From a virus, in the IMG/VR virus record IMGVR_UViG_3300042691_013609, positions 1-64,000 of that record: a stretch of 64,000 bases of DNA. One strand, 5' to 3'. The notes beneath the pieces were generated by a model. That model did no database searches. It was not told the origin of the DNA and worked only from the letters and a program-made list of their open reading frames with translations. Below are positions 1 through 10,170 of this stretch, one piece after another (position 1 is the stretch's first letter; every line of letters begins with the position of its first letter). A program made the translations under genes and the position numbers.

Positions 1-2
1 CA

Positions 3-65
3 TTCGACGGATATACAATTGCACAACTCGTCAAGGCTCTCCGTAATATGGGGGCGTTGGAATAA
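3..65 (+). CDS. 3' end of a gene truncated by the window edge, probably a tail fibre/structural protein
   Basis: Frame 3 reads FDGYTIAQLVKALRNMGALE-stop, resembling C-termini I recall from Bacteroidota phage fibre proteins. Confidence 0.45.
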   Translation, partial: FDGYTIAQLVKALRNMGALE

Positions 66-76
66 TACATAAAAAA

Positions 77-247
77 ATGACAATACCAGTAGAATTCGAC
101 CAATTAGACGCAATGATTATTGAGCCAAAAAATATACAAGATATGGATAGGCTTTTCAAAATCATAGCAAAGTCAGGCATAAAAGCCAACTATACATTTA
201 CTACAATCAAAAATTTAAAAAGCAAAAATATAAATTTAGCAACGTGA
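77..247 (+). CDS. hypothetical protein (56 aa)
   Basis: ATG after an A-rich leader, MTIPVEFDQLDAMII...NLAT; its stop overlaps the next GTG start (GTGA); below the ORF-track cut-off. Confidence 0.6.
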   Translation: MTIPVEFDQLDAMIIEPKNIQDMDRLFKIIAKSGIKANYTFTTIKNLKSKNINLAT

Positions 248-552
248 TACACACAACACAACTAACACACAACAGAGCGACGTACAGCGACGTGTACTTG
301 TTCCTGAAGCTATACTTGAACGGACCAGGAACAGCGGAGGCTGAAGCAATGATATACGGCGATCAGGCGATGACTGACCAGATTGGAGCGATGCGGCTAC
401 CTAACTATACCTTCGATCAACTAGGTAATGACCCTATGTTGTTCCTGCACGCGCTAACGATAGAACAATTGCAGGCGGAGAACCCGACGGCTACGATCAC
501 GACTTGTAATCCTGTGATAAATGAAAATGCAGAATCAGACAGTATGGTATAA
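244..552 (+). CDS. hypothetical protein, possibly fibre-associated
   Basis: 102-aa ORF coupled to its neighbours. Confidence 0.6.
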   Translation: MIHTTQLTHNRATYSDVYLFLKLYLNGPGTAEAEAMIYGDQAMTDQIGAMRLPNYTFDQLGNDPMLFLHALTIEQLQAENPTATITTCNPVINENAESDSMV

Positions 553-895
553 AAGTTGGTGGTTTGGAATAGTAATAATGTTATGTATTATATTGTTTAC
601 AACATATGCTATTACTAAAACTACTCAATTTCTAAACTACAGAGAATATTTAAAAACTGAAATAGACTCATTACAAAATCAGGTTAAAGTACTTAATAAG
701 TCAATAGAGAACCTGGAATATAAAAGAGATTCAATAAGAATCATAAGACAAAAAATATCTATACAATCAGAGTTAGAAGCATTAAAAAAGTTAGCTAAAG
801 AATATGAGGCTTTGAAATCTGAGAAACTAGTTGTCAATGACTCAATAAGTTTAGAAGACTTACATATTTTTTACCTAAAACAGATTAATAAATGA
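521..895 (+). CDS. membrane-anchored coiled-coil protein, i-spanin-like
   Basis: N-terminal TM (WWFGIVIMLCIILFTTYAI) followed by a heptad-rich region; ATGA overlap with the next gene. Confidence 0.5.
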   Translation: MKMQNQTVWYKSWWFGIVIMLCIILFTTYAITKTTQFLNYREYLKTEIDSLQNQVKVLNKSIENLEYKRDSIRIIRQKISIQSELEALKKLAKEYEALKSEKLVVNDSISLEDLHIFYLKQINK

Positions 896-1350
896 GATAT
901 TTATGTACAATAGCTTTTATTTTTTCATGTATCTTTTTAAGCGGCCAAAGTCTGCCGACATACAGTCAAAAAGATAGTACATTTACATTCTCCTTCCAAC
1001 AGTCTTTAAAGGTAGCTAAGAGATTAGAGTTTTCAGATAAACTACAAAGAGAAGTAGATATATTAAAAGAATCTTTAGGGCACCAAAGTTTAGCAATGCA
1101 AAAGTTAGAATTAAGGGATACTTTGATGCAGATGGAGTTAAAGAAGTCCTATGAAATAGAAAAGGTTCTAAATGATAGGCTTAGGGTATCGGATGAAATA
1201 ATTGGTAACTACAAGGCTTTAGTATTCTCAGCAGAAGAACAATTAAAGTCGGAACAAAAAAAGACAAAAGACCAAGAAATTTGGAAAAATGTCTACAAGT
1301 ATGGTTACCCAGCTTTAATAGGAGTAGTCACATTTTTTATTTTAAAATAG
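892..1350 (+). CDS. secreted coiled-coil protein with C-terminal TM, spanin-like partner
   Basis: Signal peptide ending FLSG|Q, coiled coil, C-terminal hydrophobic GYPALIGVVTFFIL. Confidence 0.45.
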   Translation: MRYLCTIAFIFSCIFLSGQSLPTYSQKDSTFTFSFQQSLKVAKRLEFSDKLQREVDILKESLGHQSLAMQKLELRDTLMQMELKKSYEIEKVLNDRLRVSDEIIGNYKALVFSAEEQLKSEQKKTKDQEIWKNVYKYGYPALIGVVTFFILK

Positions 1351-1351
1351 G

Positions 1352-2227
1352 ATGGAAGACCAAATAACATGTTGTAACGAAAAGAAAGTTGAATCTATTC
1401 ATACTTATAGGAGTATAGATGAGCTTACTTACAAAATTAAAAGTAGGTTATCCTACTTAGCTAATTTAAAAATTAGAAATTTATTTTATGGGTATCATCC
1501 AGAACACTATGTAGATGATGAAATAAATAAACTTTCTGTTTTAAAGGGTTCTTTAGACCGGGTTAAGAAAAGCTTCCTGCATATACAGAAGAGTTGCTTA
1601 GACGATGAGACAATTCAAAAGATTGTAGAGAAAGCCAACAAAATTGTCGGTAAGGAATCATGCCCTAAGAAAAGAGCAGATATAAAAATAGGCGAAGAGG
1701 ACTTAAATAGTTACCTATCAAAAGGTCCAAGATGTGTAAGTTATGACACATGGAATGAGTTCTCAAGATTTATCTGCGGAAGAATAGGGTTTACATTAAC
1801 TGCGGAAAGAGAGATATGCGATATAGCTTTTGAGATTTCCAGAAACATAATAAGTTGTAACCTACTTTACTCACTCTCTGTTTATAAAGAAATGTGCGAT
1901 TTAAAGTACAAAGTAAACAGAACTAAAGAAGAGTGTAAGATAGACTACAAACTTTTAATGGAAAAGAATCCAACATGTGATTTAGAGTTTAAGTCTTACT
2001 TGTCATATGTGCATAAGCACAATCTTTCATTCCCTATTATAGATGAAGTATATTCAAGCGGATTATCTTTATTAGAGCAGGACGGAGAAGTTTTCTTGTG
2101 CACCGCGCTAAATAATTACAACCTAATGAAGATTGCGCCTAATGATTTAGAAGAGCTCCTGAATTTAGGATTTGTCGTTGAATTAAACAAATTTGATATA
2201 ACGGCAGATTACAAAAAGTATATATAA
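1352..2227 (+). CDS. Cys-containing hypothetical structural-module protein
   Basis: 291-aa ORF, 1 nt after the previous stop. Confidence 0.7.
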   Translation: MEDQITCCNEKKVESIHTYRSIDELTYKIKSRLSYLANLKIRNLFYGYHPEHYVDDEINKLSVLKGSLDRVKKSFLHIQKSCLDDETIQKIVEKANKIVGKESCPKKRADIKIGEEDLNSYLSKGPRCVSYDTWNEFSRFICGRIGFTLTAEREICDIAFEISRNIISCNLLYSLSVYKEMCDLKYKVNRTKEECKIDYKLLMEKNPTCDLEFKSYLSYVHKHNLSFPIIDEVYSSGLSLLEQDGEVFLCTALNNYNLMKIAPNDLEELLNLGFVVELNKFDITADYKKYI

Positions 2228-2258
2228 ATTAACCACATTAAACTAGAAAAAAATTATA

Positions 2259-5200
2259 ATGGCGAACGTAACGTTAAACTTTTCAAATGTTACCAATAAT
2301 GGTAAGCCATGTAAGGATCCAGTAATTCTTATTTTGGGTTCAGACAACGTTGCCTTTCCTTGTGGGGATAAGGTAGACGCAAATGGCAACATAAAGCTTA
2401 CGGTACCAGACTCTATCTTTGAAGGAAGGCAGTGTATTTCTGGTGTCATTAAGTGTTCTGAATGTGATTCCTGTAAAGAACAGGATTTCACTATTTGTCT
2501 ATGTGACGAAAACAATCCATGCGAGGCTTGCCAAGAGTGCGTAGGTGGAGTTTGTATTGACAAGTGCCCCGACCAGAAATGTGTCAATGGTGCATGTTGT
2601 GATTGCGAAACTTCATCTGATTGCGGTAATGGTTACCTTTGTAATGGATGTAATTGTATTTGTCCAACAGGAATAAAGGATAGTCAAGGAAATTGTGTGC
2701 AGTGTTTAACAAACCAGCAGTGCGGACCTTGCGAAGAGTGTGTAAATGGTGAGTGTGTTTCTACTTGTGCAGATGGTCTTGTTTGCGGACCTAACGGTTG
2801 TACTTGTCCTGCGGGCACAGAATGGGATCCTATCACATTAAAGTGTAAAGCAATTGAGTGCTCTTCAGACAAAGATTGTCCTGAGTGCCAAGTTTGTGTT
2901 AATGGAGAATGTGTTCCTATCAAGTGCCCAGAAGGGATGAAGTGCGTAAATGGGGAATGCGTTCCTTGGCCATGTGATAAGCCATGTAATAATGGTGCAG
3001 ACTGTGGAGAAGGTTGCGGATGTTTAGACGGTCAATGTATTCCTTGTGAATTACTTGATTGTAAAAACGTAGATTCGCCTTTATATGGTAGGTGTGCAGA
3101 AGTGCCTGGTTGCGAATGTAGAGGAGAAGCCTGTGTAGGCGTTGCTAATTGTGGTGAATACTGCGATGAGTTTAATCCTTGTACAACTCCTGGATGTACT
3201 TGTTATAATAACACTTGTGTAAGCTGTTCTAATTTCGAGTGTACAGACACAGAGGGCGGATGTACGAGCTATGATGGTTGTGCTTGCGATGATGCTGGAA
3301 ATTGCGTTGGAGATGCGGCGGGCCCTTGTAGAGATACTTTAAAAATTACAAAGAAAGAAGATTGCTCTGTTGGCACTGGTTGTGCTTTAGTTGCAGATCT
3401 TACTTTAGAAAAGCCTTGTGGTTGTGACGCTATCCGTTTTGAAACTAAGAACATAAGTACTTGTTCTGCTACTTCTGCTGCAAATGTTGTAGCTGATATG
3501 AAGTTGCAAGTTGAATTATTTAAAGGAAATGCTCCTTACGCAAACTATAAAAATGAAATTACTATTGGTGATAATGAGATCATTTCTGGATCTATTAAAA
3601 CTGTAGTTACTCATTATGATGTAAATAACAATATCTTAAATTCAGTTAATGTTTCGCCAGTAGCCGCAGCAACTATTAATAATAATGTTGTAGCTCCTAT
3701 AGATATTAAGCAAGGAACTCACTTTAAGAAAGAATATACAACCCCTTCTGGAAATCTAGGAACAAGAGTTGTAATTGAATTAAAAGCTGAAGCAATAAGT
3801 ATTGTAAATAGTGGCTGTGTTAAATACGATAATGTTACAATTGCATCTTATGAATTGAACTTTAGAAATGATGCAGGAGCTGTAGAAACATGTGCTAAAC
3901 TTGGAGGAGAATTTGCGTCTATTAAAGAATCTTTTACGAACGATAAAGTATCTAGTAAGAGACCTTTATTCATTTGGAGCAAAGGTATTTCTAACTTTGG
4001 TACTGGTAAGTTTGATGATACGACTACTACGTATAATAAAGGAGGTTGGTTTAGAAAAGCTTATGGAACTCAGACATCAAGTGGCTGGAAAGACGAAATA
4101 AATAGACCACAAGATGGATTATGGAATAACTATAATTATCAAGTAAGAGTAAACTGCGGTTGTTCTACAACAGCTACTCTTAACAATTTAGTTTATTGTT
4201 GTCCAACTGATTTCGTAACAGAGTTAACTGATTGCGGTACTAAGCTAAATATAAATGCATTTAATACTTGTCTTGTAAATCAAAATTTGACATCTTTAGG
4301 ATTGACTAAGTTTCCGGAAGAAGTACAAACTTACTATAAGGCGATTATAAACGGAGGAGAACACGAACTTATTTTAAAACAAGATGGGGGTAACTTGCAG
4401 TCTAATACAAGTTACATACATACTAAGCCAATTTCTAACGTAACATTTAAACAGTTTTACAAAGGAAATGCTATAGTTGCGGAAGCATGTGAAAAATCAT
4501 ATGATTTTACACCTGAGAATAAGCCTGAGTATGATGTCGTTGTCTCTTGCGGATCTGTATCAGTTACTCCTAAAGCAGGTAATCCAAATATAGTATCGGC
4601 TAGCGTGAAGATACTTCCAAACGGTCAAAGTTTAAATCTTTCAAAAGTTGGTAATACGCAGAAGTTTGAAATTTCCTCTGCATCTTTAGCAACAAATGTT
4701 AAAATAGGTTTATACCTTTCTTTCCAAGGAAGCAACTGCCAAGTTTATGATGAGTATGATATTACATGTAATTATACTGCTGAAATAAATCCTTTCGGTA
4801 CTGTTGTTGGTAATTGTACAGTAGATAAAACTGGAATTGCTTGTGGAGATGAAACTGAGTTTATTGCAAAAGCTTTAACTGGATTTACTGCTAATTGTGA
4901 ATTTTCAGAATTTGGTTCTAATATCTGGTTAAAACCAGATACAACTACGGCTGGAAATATAACAAAGAAGTACAAAACAAAACCTTATTCAAAGCTACAA
5001 GTACAAGTTAGAGAGTTAGTTAATGGCAAATATATTTATGCTTTAACTACTTCAGTTGAACTTATAAGCCCTATACAGACAAAAGTAGTATCTGTCCCAA
5101 GATGTGGTGATACAAAAGGTAAGATAACTATATCTGGTACTATTTGCGACTTTGGAAAACCTAAGGATATTGATCTTCCAGTTAATGTTACTTATAAAAT

Positions 5201-7442
5201 AAGTAGTACTAGTACTACTTGGAATACAGAAGTAGTGACAAATGGGTCAAATCCTACAATAACTGTAGAAGTTCCTTTACCAGATCCAGGTCATCCAACT
5301 ATTAAAATAGAAGAATCTTACACAGTTGAAATTATAAAGGACGAAACTTATACTAATCCTTCTTATAATATTAAGAATGGAAAAGGTTTAATGTGTCCGT
5401 TTAAAGAAACTATAAAAGTAACAGAAGGAACTGTCACATTGCAGCCAACAATTGCATTTTCTGGAACTGGCTATTGCCAAGGAGATATAATCCCTTTTGC
5501 TATAAGAAACGGACAAGGATACACATATTCTGTTTCAGTTACTGGTGGTTCTTTGGTCAATCAAGATGGGTCATCAGTTAGTAGTAACCTAGTCGTATCT
5601 TCTGATACGTCATTTAATAACTTTGTTAAACCTACTCTTTCTGGTAATTTAACAATTACTATTACAAATGTAAGTAATGCAGGATCAGGTTGCGTGAAAT
5701 TTAGCCAAGCAAGTGGCAACACAACTATAACTCCGGCTCATTATTTGATAACATCTAATGCTGTATGTAGAAATACAACTAAAGTTAATTTCTTTTTAGT
5801 TTTAGGAGGTAACGGTACAGCAGCCCCAATAAGCCCTTCTGAAGGTCCGTTTACTTTTAACTCAACGACTAATAAATGGGAGCTTCTTAATGTAGATGCG
5901 TTACCAGTTGTAGATCCTAATAGTCCACCTAAGTTACAAGTACTTTTAAACCCAATATCAGCAGCTTGCCTAGAAATTGTAGAAATACCTTACCCTGATT
6001 GTGATGCTGCAAGAAATTGCCCAACAGGAAATCAAGTTGTGAATATAGTAGCTAGCCCACAAATACCAACATGTGGTGTAGGTCAAACAGTTACTATGAG
6101 TTTTGTAAGTTCTAGTCTTGGTGTGTTAGATGGAGAACAATATGCTTGGTATGAAGATTTAGGTACATCAGAAGTACTTGTGCCAATAATTGGATATCCA
6201 AACCCAGGCGCTATCGGAACTGGAAATAATATACCAAACTTGGTAGTCGCATCTACAGTTGAGCAAAGAGCTTATAAACTTAGATTATCATTATATGGAG
6301 GTGAATGTGAATATGATTCTGATCCATTATTAGTATACTCTGGTGGAGAAGTAGATTCAAACTTCTTTGGACCTGGTATATCTCCTGACACAACAAATAT
6401 AGTTCCAGGATCTAGTTATAGTTACACAGCTGTGTCATATCCAGATGCAAACTATGTTTGGGATTTAACCTTGCCAGATGGGTCTGTTGTAAATATAGGT
6501 ACCGGGATAAACGTAGCAATTGTTAGTACAAATCTTTTCCAATCAGGTGTAAACCAGATAACACTTACTGTGACTAGAAATGGTTGTACTTCTACAACTA
6601 CGCTTCCAATAAATGTTCCATTAAATTGTAGTGGTTTATCAGCAGTTATAGGCACGTCAAGTTCTGCTACTAATCAAATACAATGTAGTAGTATTGAATT
6701 AAAGAGTTTAGCTAACCCATCAGGGTCTCCAATTATAAATTATGATTGGCAAATTGATTCTGGTTCAGGATTTGTTACTGTCCAATCAGGTGCTGGATTA
6801 GTATCCTCTTTAGATACAGTAATTGTTAATGCGGGTGATACTGTAGACATAAGACTTTATATACAATTAGCTAATAATTGCGATTTTACAACTCTTCCAA
6901 TAACATTTACTAGATGTGCTTGTTTATGCGATCAATCTAATATTTGTAAAACTTCAGATATTACAATATCAGGAAATAACGGAGGAGGACTAGTATATAC
7001 TTCATCAGTTTTCACCACAAATAAGAACATAGAATTTGTTACTAGTACAAATAGTTGGTTAGCTTCCGCAACTGAAAATTATAAAATTGTAGCTGTAAAT
7101 GGTCTTGTAGAGACAGTTTTATTGGAAACTGGATATCCATTTGAAACAAGTAATGCTGGTGATTGTGTTAGGATTAACAATTGTCCAACATTACCCCCTG
7201 CTCCTGGATCTAACTGTGTTGATTTAGGACCTTCCACAATTACACCAGGTGTTACTAATATAGGTTCGCTTGTTCCAGTTAACGCTGGTTCTGTACCAGT
7301 TATAGTTAATTTATATAATAATATACAGATACAATTAGAGTTCACAGTTACTATACCATCAGGATCATTTTTAAGAGTGTATCATAACGATAGTTCTTGT
7401 ACAAGCCAACTTAGTTGGTTATTTAAAATGACTTGTGTATAA
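2259..7442 (+). CDS. large Cys-rich putative tail fibre/virion surface protein
   Basis: 1727 aa; N-terminal CVNGEC-type repeats, then Thr/Ser/Asn-rich beta-type (Ig/PKD-like) segments such as YVWDLTLPDG and NYDWQID. Confidence 0.65.
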   Translation: MANVTLNFSNVTNNGKPCKDPVILILGSDNVAFPCGDKVDANGNIKLTVPDSIFEGRQCISGVIKCSECDSCKEQDFTICLCDENNPCEACQECVGGVCIDKCPDQKCVNGACCDCETSSDCGNGYLCNGCNCICPTGIKDSQGNCVQCLTNQQCGPCEECVNGECVSTCADGLVCGPNGCTCPAGTEWDPITLKCKAIECSSDKDCPECQVCVNGECVPIKCPEGMKCVNGECVPWPCDKPCNNGADCGEGCGCLDGQCIPCELLDCKNVDSPLYGRCAEVPGCECRGEACVGVANCGEYCDEFNPCTTPGCTCYNNTCVSCSNFECTDTEGGCTSYDGCACDDAGNCVGDAAGPCRDTLKITKKEDCSVGTGCALVADLTLEKPCGCDAIRFETKNISTCSATSAANVVADMKLQVELFKGNAPYANYKNEITIGDNEIISGSIKTVVTHYDVNNNILNSVNVSPVAAATINNNVVAPIDIKQGTHFKKEYTTPSGNLGTRVVIELKAEAISIVNSGCVKYDNVTIASYELNFRNDAGAVETCAKLGGEFASIKESFTNDKVSSKRPLFIWSKGISNFGTGKFDDTTTTYNKGGWFRKAYGTQTSSGWKDEINRPQDGLWNNYNYQVRVNCGCSTTATLNNLVYCCPTDFVTELTDCGTKLNINAFNTCLVNQNLTSLGLTKFPEEVQTYYKAIINGGEHELILKQDGGNLQSNTSYIHTKPISNVTFKQFYKGNAIVAEACEKSYDFTPENKPEYDVVVSCGSVSVTPKAGNPNIVSASVKILPNGQSLNLSKVGNTQKFEISSASLATNVKIGLYLSFQGSNCQVYDEYDITCNYTAEINPFGTVVGNCTVDKTGIACGDETEFIAKALTGFTANCEFSEFGSNIWLKPDTTTAGNITKKYKTKPYSKLQVQVRELVNGKYIYALTTSVELISPIQTKVVSVPRCGDTKGKITISGTICDFGKPKDIDLPVNVTYKISSTSTTWNTEVVTNGSNPTITVEVPLPDPGHPTIKIEESYTVEIIKDETYTNPSYNIKNGKGLMCPFKETIKVTEGTVTLQPTIAFSGTGYCQGDIIPFAIRNGQGYTYSVSVTGGSLVNQDGSSVSSNLVVSSDTSFNNFVKPTLSGNLTITITNVSNAGSGCVKFSQASGNTTITPAHYLITSNAVCRNTTKVNFFLVLGGNGTAAPISPSEGPFTFNSTTNKWELLNVDALPVVDPNSPPKLQVLLNPISAACLEIVEIPYPDCDAARNCPTGNQVVNIVASPQIPTCGVGQTVTMSFVSSSLGVLDGEQYAWYEDLGTSEVLVPIIGYPNPGAIGTGNNIPNLVVASTVEQRAYKLRLSLYGGECEYDSDPLLVYSGGEVDSNFFGPGISPDTTNIVPGSSYSYTAVSYPDANYVWDLTLPDGSVVNIGTGINVAIVSTNLFQSGVNQITLTVTRNGCTSTTTLPINVPLNCSGLSAVIGTSSSATNQIQCSSIELKSLANPSGSPIINYDWQIDSGSGFVTVQSGAGLVSSLDTVIVNAGDTVDIRLYIQLANNCDFTTLPITFTRCACLCDQSNICKTSDITISGNNGGGLVYTSSVFTTNKNIEFVTSTNSWLASATENYKIVAVNGLVETVLLETGYPFETSNAGDCVRINNCPTLPPAPGSNCVDLGPSTITPGVTNIGSLVPVNAGSVPVIVNLYNNIQIQLEFTVTIPSGSFLRVYHNDSSCTSQLSWLFKMTCV

Positions 7443-7451
7443 TAAATTATT

Positions 7452-7480
7452 AGCCCCGTCTGAAATATGGCGGGGCTTTA
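7452..7480 (+). terminator. hairpin, probable intrinsic terminator
   Basis: AGCCCCGTC-tgaaatat-GGCGGGGCT followed by TT, just after the 7442 stop. Confidence 0.6.
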
Positions 7481-7501
7481 AATAAAAATAAAATAAATAA
7501 A

Positions 7502-8533
7502 ATGGCATCATTTTTTACAAATCCTTCAGATATAAACTACCATTCAGGTTCTTCGGTAGGACCTATAAAAAATGGTGATACGCAAACTTCAGTTAATGAG
7601 AAGTTGGCGGCGGAAATAGAATCTTTAAAGAATCAATTATCACAACTATCTAATTCAAAACCAGTATCTACAACAGATGCTATAGAGAATAAGTCTGGGT
7701 TTGGTATCAGCGATACATTTATATCGACAGATAGCAAAGTTAAAGTTACTACAAAGCCGGGCGCAGCAAGTGTAGATGTATTTTATGATTTAACAGAAGC
7801 GCTTGGCAAAGATACGAAAATTTTTAATAAAGTCACGATTGAAGGTGTTAAAAATGGGTTAAATTCTATAATTGTAGATTCTGATAAAATTTCATCAGGA
7901 TTTTCTTTATCACCAGATAGTTTCCCAGCATCTTTATCAGTTGATCTAAGAAAGAAAACAGAATCTGGAGATGTATTTTTGTCAGCAAAAGTATCTTTAA
8001 ATCCATTTGGCGAAAGCAGTTCAAATGTTTTATACGCTAGAAAATTTGGCGGAACAGACTTGAATACACAAACAAAGGTAAACGACTTTTTGTTTAATAG
8101 ATTAAAGGATGTAGAAAGTTCTTCAACAAAAGAAGTGCAACTTGGAAGCGAAACAAAGTCTTTACAGGATGCTTTTAATTCTATAATGAGTGAATTAGAT
8201 AAGTTAAGAAACCAAGACTTATCTTCAGCTATTGTAAAGTCAGGAACAACAGAAGTAAAACTAGTTGATATTATTACATCGGCTATGCCTAGTTTATCAC
8301 AAACAAGTAATACTTCTGCTCAAAACTCCGGATCATCCACATCAACTAGTTCCTCTTCTTCAAGTACAGGAACTACAAATAACACAAGCAGTACAAATAC
8401 AGGAGGCGGAACAGCATCTGAAAATGATGCCTCTTCTACTATTAAAGATACCACTAGTTCTACTAATACTACTCTTTCTAAAGATACAGGTTCAGTATTA
8501 GATATTATCAGTGGTATATCTGTTACTAGATAA
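7502..8533 (+). CDS. hypothetical structural protein with Ser/Thr-rich C-terminal tail
   Basis: 343-aa ORF with A-rich leader; low-complexity SGSSTSTSSSSSSTGTT. Confidence 0.7.
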   Translation: MASFFTNPSDINYHSGSSVGPIKNGDTQTSVNEKLAAEIESLKNQLSQLSNSKPVSTTDAIENKSGFGISDTFISTDSKVKVTTKPGAASVDVFYDLTEALGKDTKIFNKVTIEGVKNGLNSIIVDSDKISSGFSLSPDSFPASLSVDLRKKTESGDVFLSAKVSLNPFGESSSNVLYARKFGGTDLNTQTKVNDFLFNRLKDVESSSTKEVQLGSETKSLQDAFNSIMSELDKLRNQDLSSAIVKSGTTEVKLVDIITSAMPSLSQTSNTSAQNSGSSTSTSSSSSSTGTTNNTSSTNTGGGTASENDASSTIKDTTSSTNTTLSKDTGSVLDIISGISVTR

Positions 8534-8582
8534 CATCCTGAGTTTATTTATACTGCTCAATTTTAGAATTCATTGAAAATCA
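8532..8582 (+). repeat. copy 1 of a 38-bp element; inverted copy at 62541-62591
   Basis: 8537-8569 is the exact reverse complement of 62554-62586 (33 bp); 37/38 over 8532-8569; TGA(A/T)AATCA box at equal spacing in both copies. Confidence 0.9.
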
Positions 8583-8653
8583 GCAAGATAATATAATAAG
8601 TTAATTAATTGTTAATATAGACTAAAATAAAGCATTTATAACAAAAACATTCG

Positions 8654-8661
8654 TATATTTG
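8654..8661 (+). promoter_or_regulatory. Bacteroidota housekeeping-sigma -7 box
   Basis: TATATTTG(CA) matches TAnnTTTG, ~40 nt upstream of ATG 8701. Confidence 0.7.
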
Positions 8662-8700
8662 CATTTGAATAGTATTTTATAATTTAACACTTAATTTCTT

Positions 8701-8880
8701 ATGAACAGAAGAAATCTTTATTTGGCAATGTTTTGTTGTTTAGTTTTTTGCTCAGTATCTTACTTTAGCTGTAAGCCAAGTTGCGAAACTTCACAGGAAG
8801 ACTGTGAAACTACAGAAACTCAAGTAGATAGCACATCAATTCAAGCTGACACAACAAATCAGAGCTTGTTAATTCAGTAA
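8701..8880 (+). CDS. small lipoprotein (59 aa)
   Basis: MNRRNLYLAMFCCLVFCSVSYFS-CKPSCETSQED...: basic n-region, hydrophobic h-region, xSC-K lipobox; missing from the ORF track. Confidence 0.7.
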   Translation: MNRRNLYLAMFCCLVFCSVSYFSCKPSCETSQEDCETTETQVDSTSIQADTTNQSLLIQ

Positions 8881-8895
8881 TTAAAATTTTTTAGA

Positions 8896-10170
8896 TTGGA
8901 TAAGGTAACGTTTTTAAAAAGACTTGTCAACGATATTTATAATGGCGAGAGAAAATCTTGGAAAGAATATTCAAATGAGTATCTCCCTGGTGACCCCGAA
9001 GGACTAAGACAAGTTTGGAGATCATTCAAGGACAGGACTTTTAAAAATGGGGATTGGGTATATAACGTCAAAATAGAGCCTGAGCTTTATCAAAAAGCTG
9101 AGTATGCCATATTAAACACATCTCCATTAAATGTCTCTCTAGGTGAAGAACAGCCGATTTTATCGGCACTAAAACCTGACGGGACTATAATGAATATAGA
9201 AGAATATTGCGATTATTATTCTATACCAGTTGATCATGTAAAATCTTTCAAATTAGTAACTCACTCTGGAAAGGGTGCGTACTATAACATAACTTCCGCA
9301 TCTATTAATTTAGAGACAGACAAGTTTAAAGATTTTGCAGCAGCTATTCTAAATGATTTATCAAAAATAAATACCTTACCAATCACAAAGAGTAGGGATG
9401 AGGTGAAAGACCCTCATCTCCTTCTTTTAAGTTTAGCTGATTTACATATTGGAAAGTTAGCTGAATCATTTGAAACAGGAGAAGATTATAATAATCAGAT
9501 CGCTGTAAAAAGAGCAAAAGAGGGTGTGGCTGGTATTCTAAATAAGTCATCAGGGTTTCCTATAGAAAAAATTATTTTCGTAGGAGGTAATGATATTCTA
9601 CACATAGATAATCCAAAAAGAACCACTACATCTGGAACACCACAAGATACTGATGGCATGTGGTACTCAAACTTTTTGGTAGCTAAACAATTATACATAG
9701 AAATAATTGACAGCCTACTTTCAGTATCAGATGTTCATTTTGTTTTTAATCCTAGTAACCATGATTATATGACTGGTTTCTTTTTGGCGGATTTAATAAA
9801 GACATACTATAAAGACTGCAAAAACATAACATTCGATTGCAGTTTATCACATAGGAAATATATTACTTACGGAGACAATTTAATAGGAACAACTCATGGA
9901 GATGGGGCAAAGGTAGAAAATTTGCCCCTTTTAATGGCACATGAATCACCTGATTGGAGCTCTTGTAAACATAGGTATATTTATTTCCATCATATACACC
10001 ACAAGACATCAAAAGATTATTTAGGCGTTTGTGTTGAATCACTTAGAAGTCCATCAAGCGCTGATAGCTGGCACCATAGAAATGGTTACCAGCATGCCCC
10101 AAAGGCTGTAGAAGGATTTATACATCACCCAAAATTTGGACAAATAGCCAAGTTAACTCATTTATTCTAA
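8896..10170 (+). CDS. calcineurin-like metallophosphoesterase
   Basis: Motifs ADLHIG, GGNDILH, PSNHD, THGD and HHIHH in canonical order. Confidence 0.85.
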   Translation: MDKVTFLKRLVNDIYNGERKSWKEYSNEYLPGDPEGLRQVWRSFKDRTFKNGDWVYNVKIEPELYQKAEYAILNTSPLNVSLGEEQPILSALKPDGTIMNIEEYCDYYSIPVDHVKSFKLVTHSGKGAYYNITSASINLETDKFKDFAAAILNDLSKINTLPITKSRDEVKDPHLLLLSLADLHIGKLAESFETGEDYNNQIAVKRAKEGVAGILNKSSGFPIEKIIFVGGNDILHIDNPKRTTTSGTPQDTDGMWYSNFLVAKQLYIEIIDSLLSVSDVHFVFNPSNHDYMTGFFLADLIKTYYKDCKNITFDCSLSHRKYITYGDNLIGTTHGDGAKVENLPLLMAHESPDWSSCKHRYIYFHHIHHKTSKDYLGVCVESLRSPSSADSWHHRNGYQHAPKAVEGFIHHPKFGQIAKLTHLF

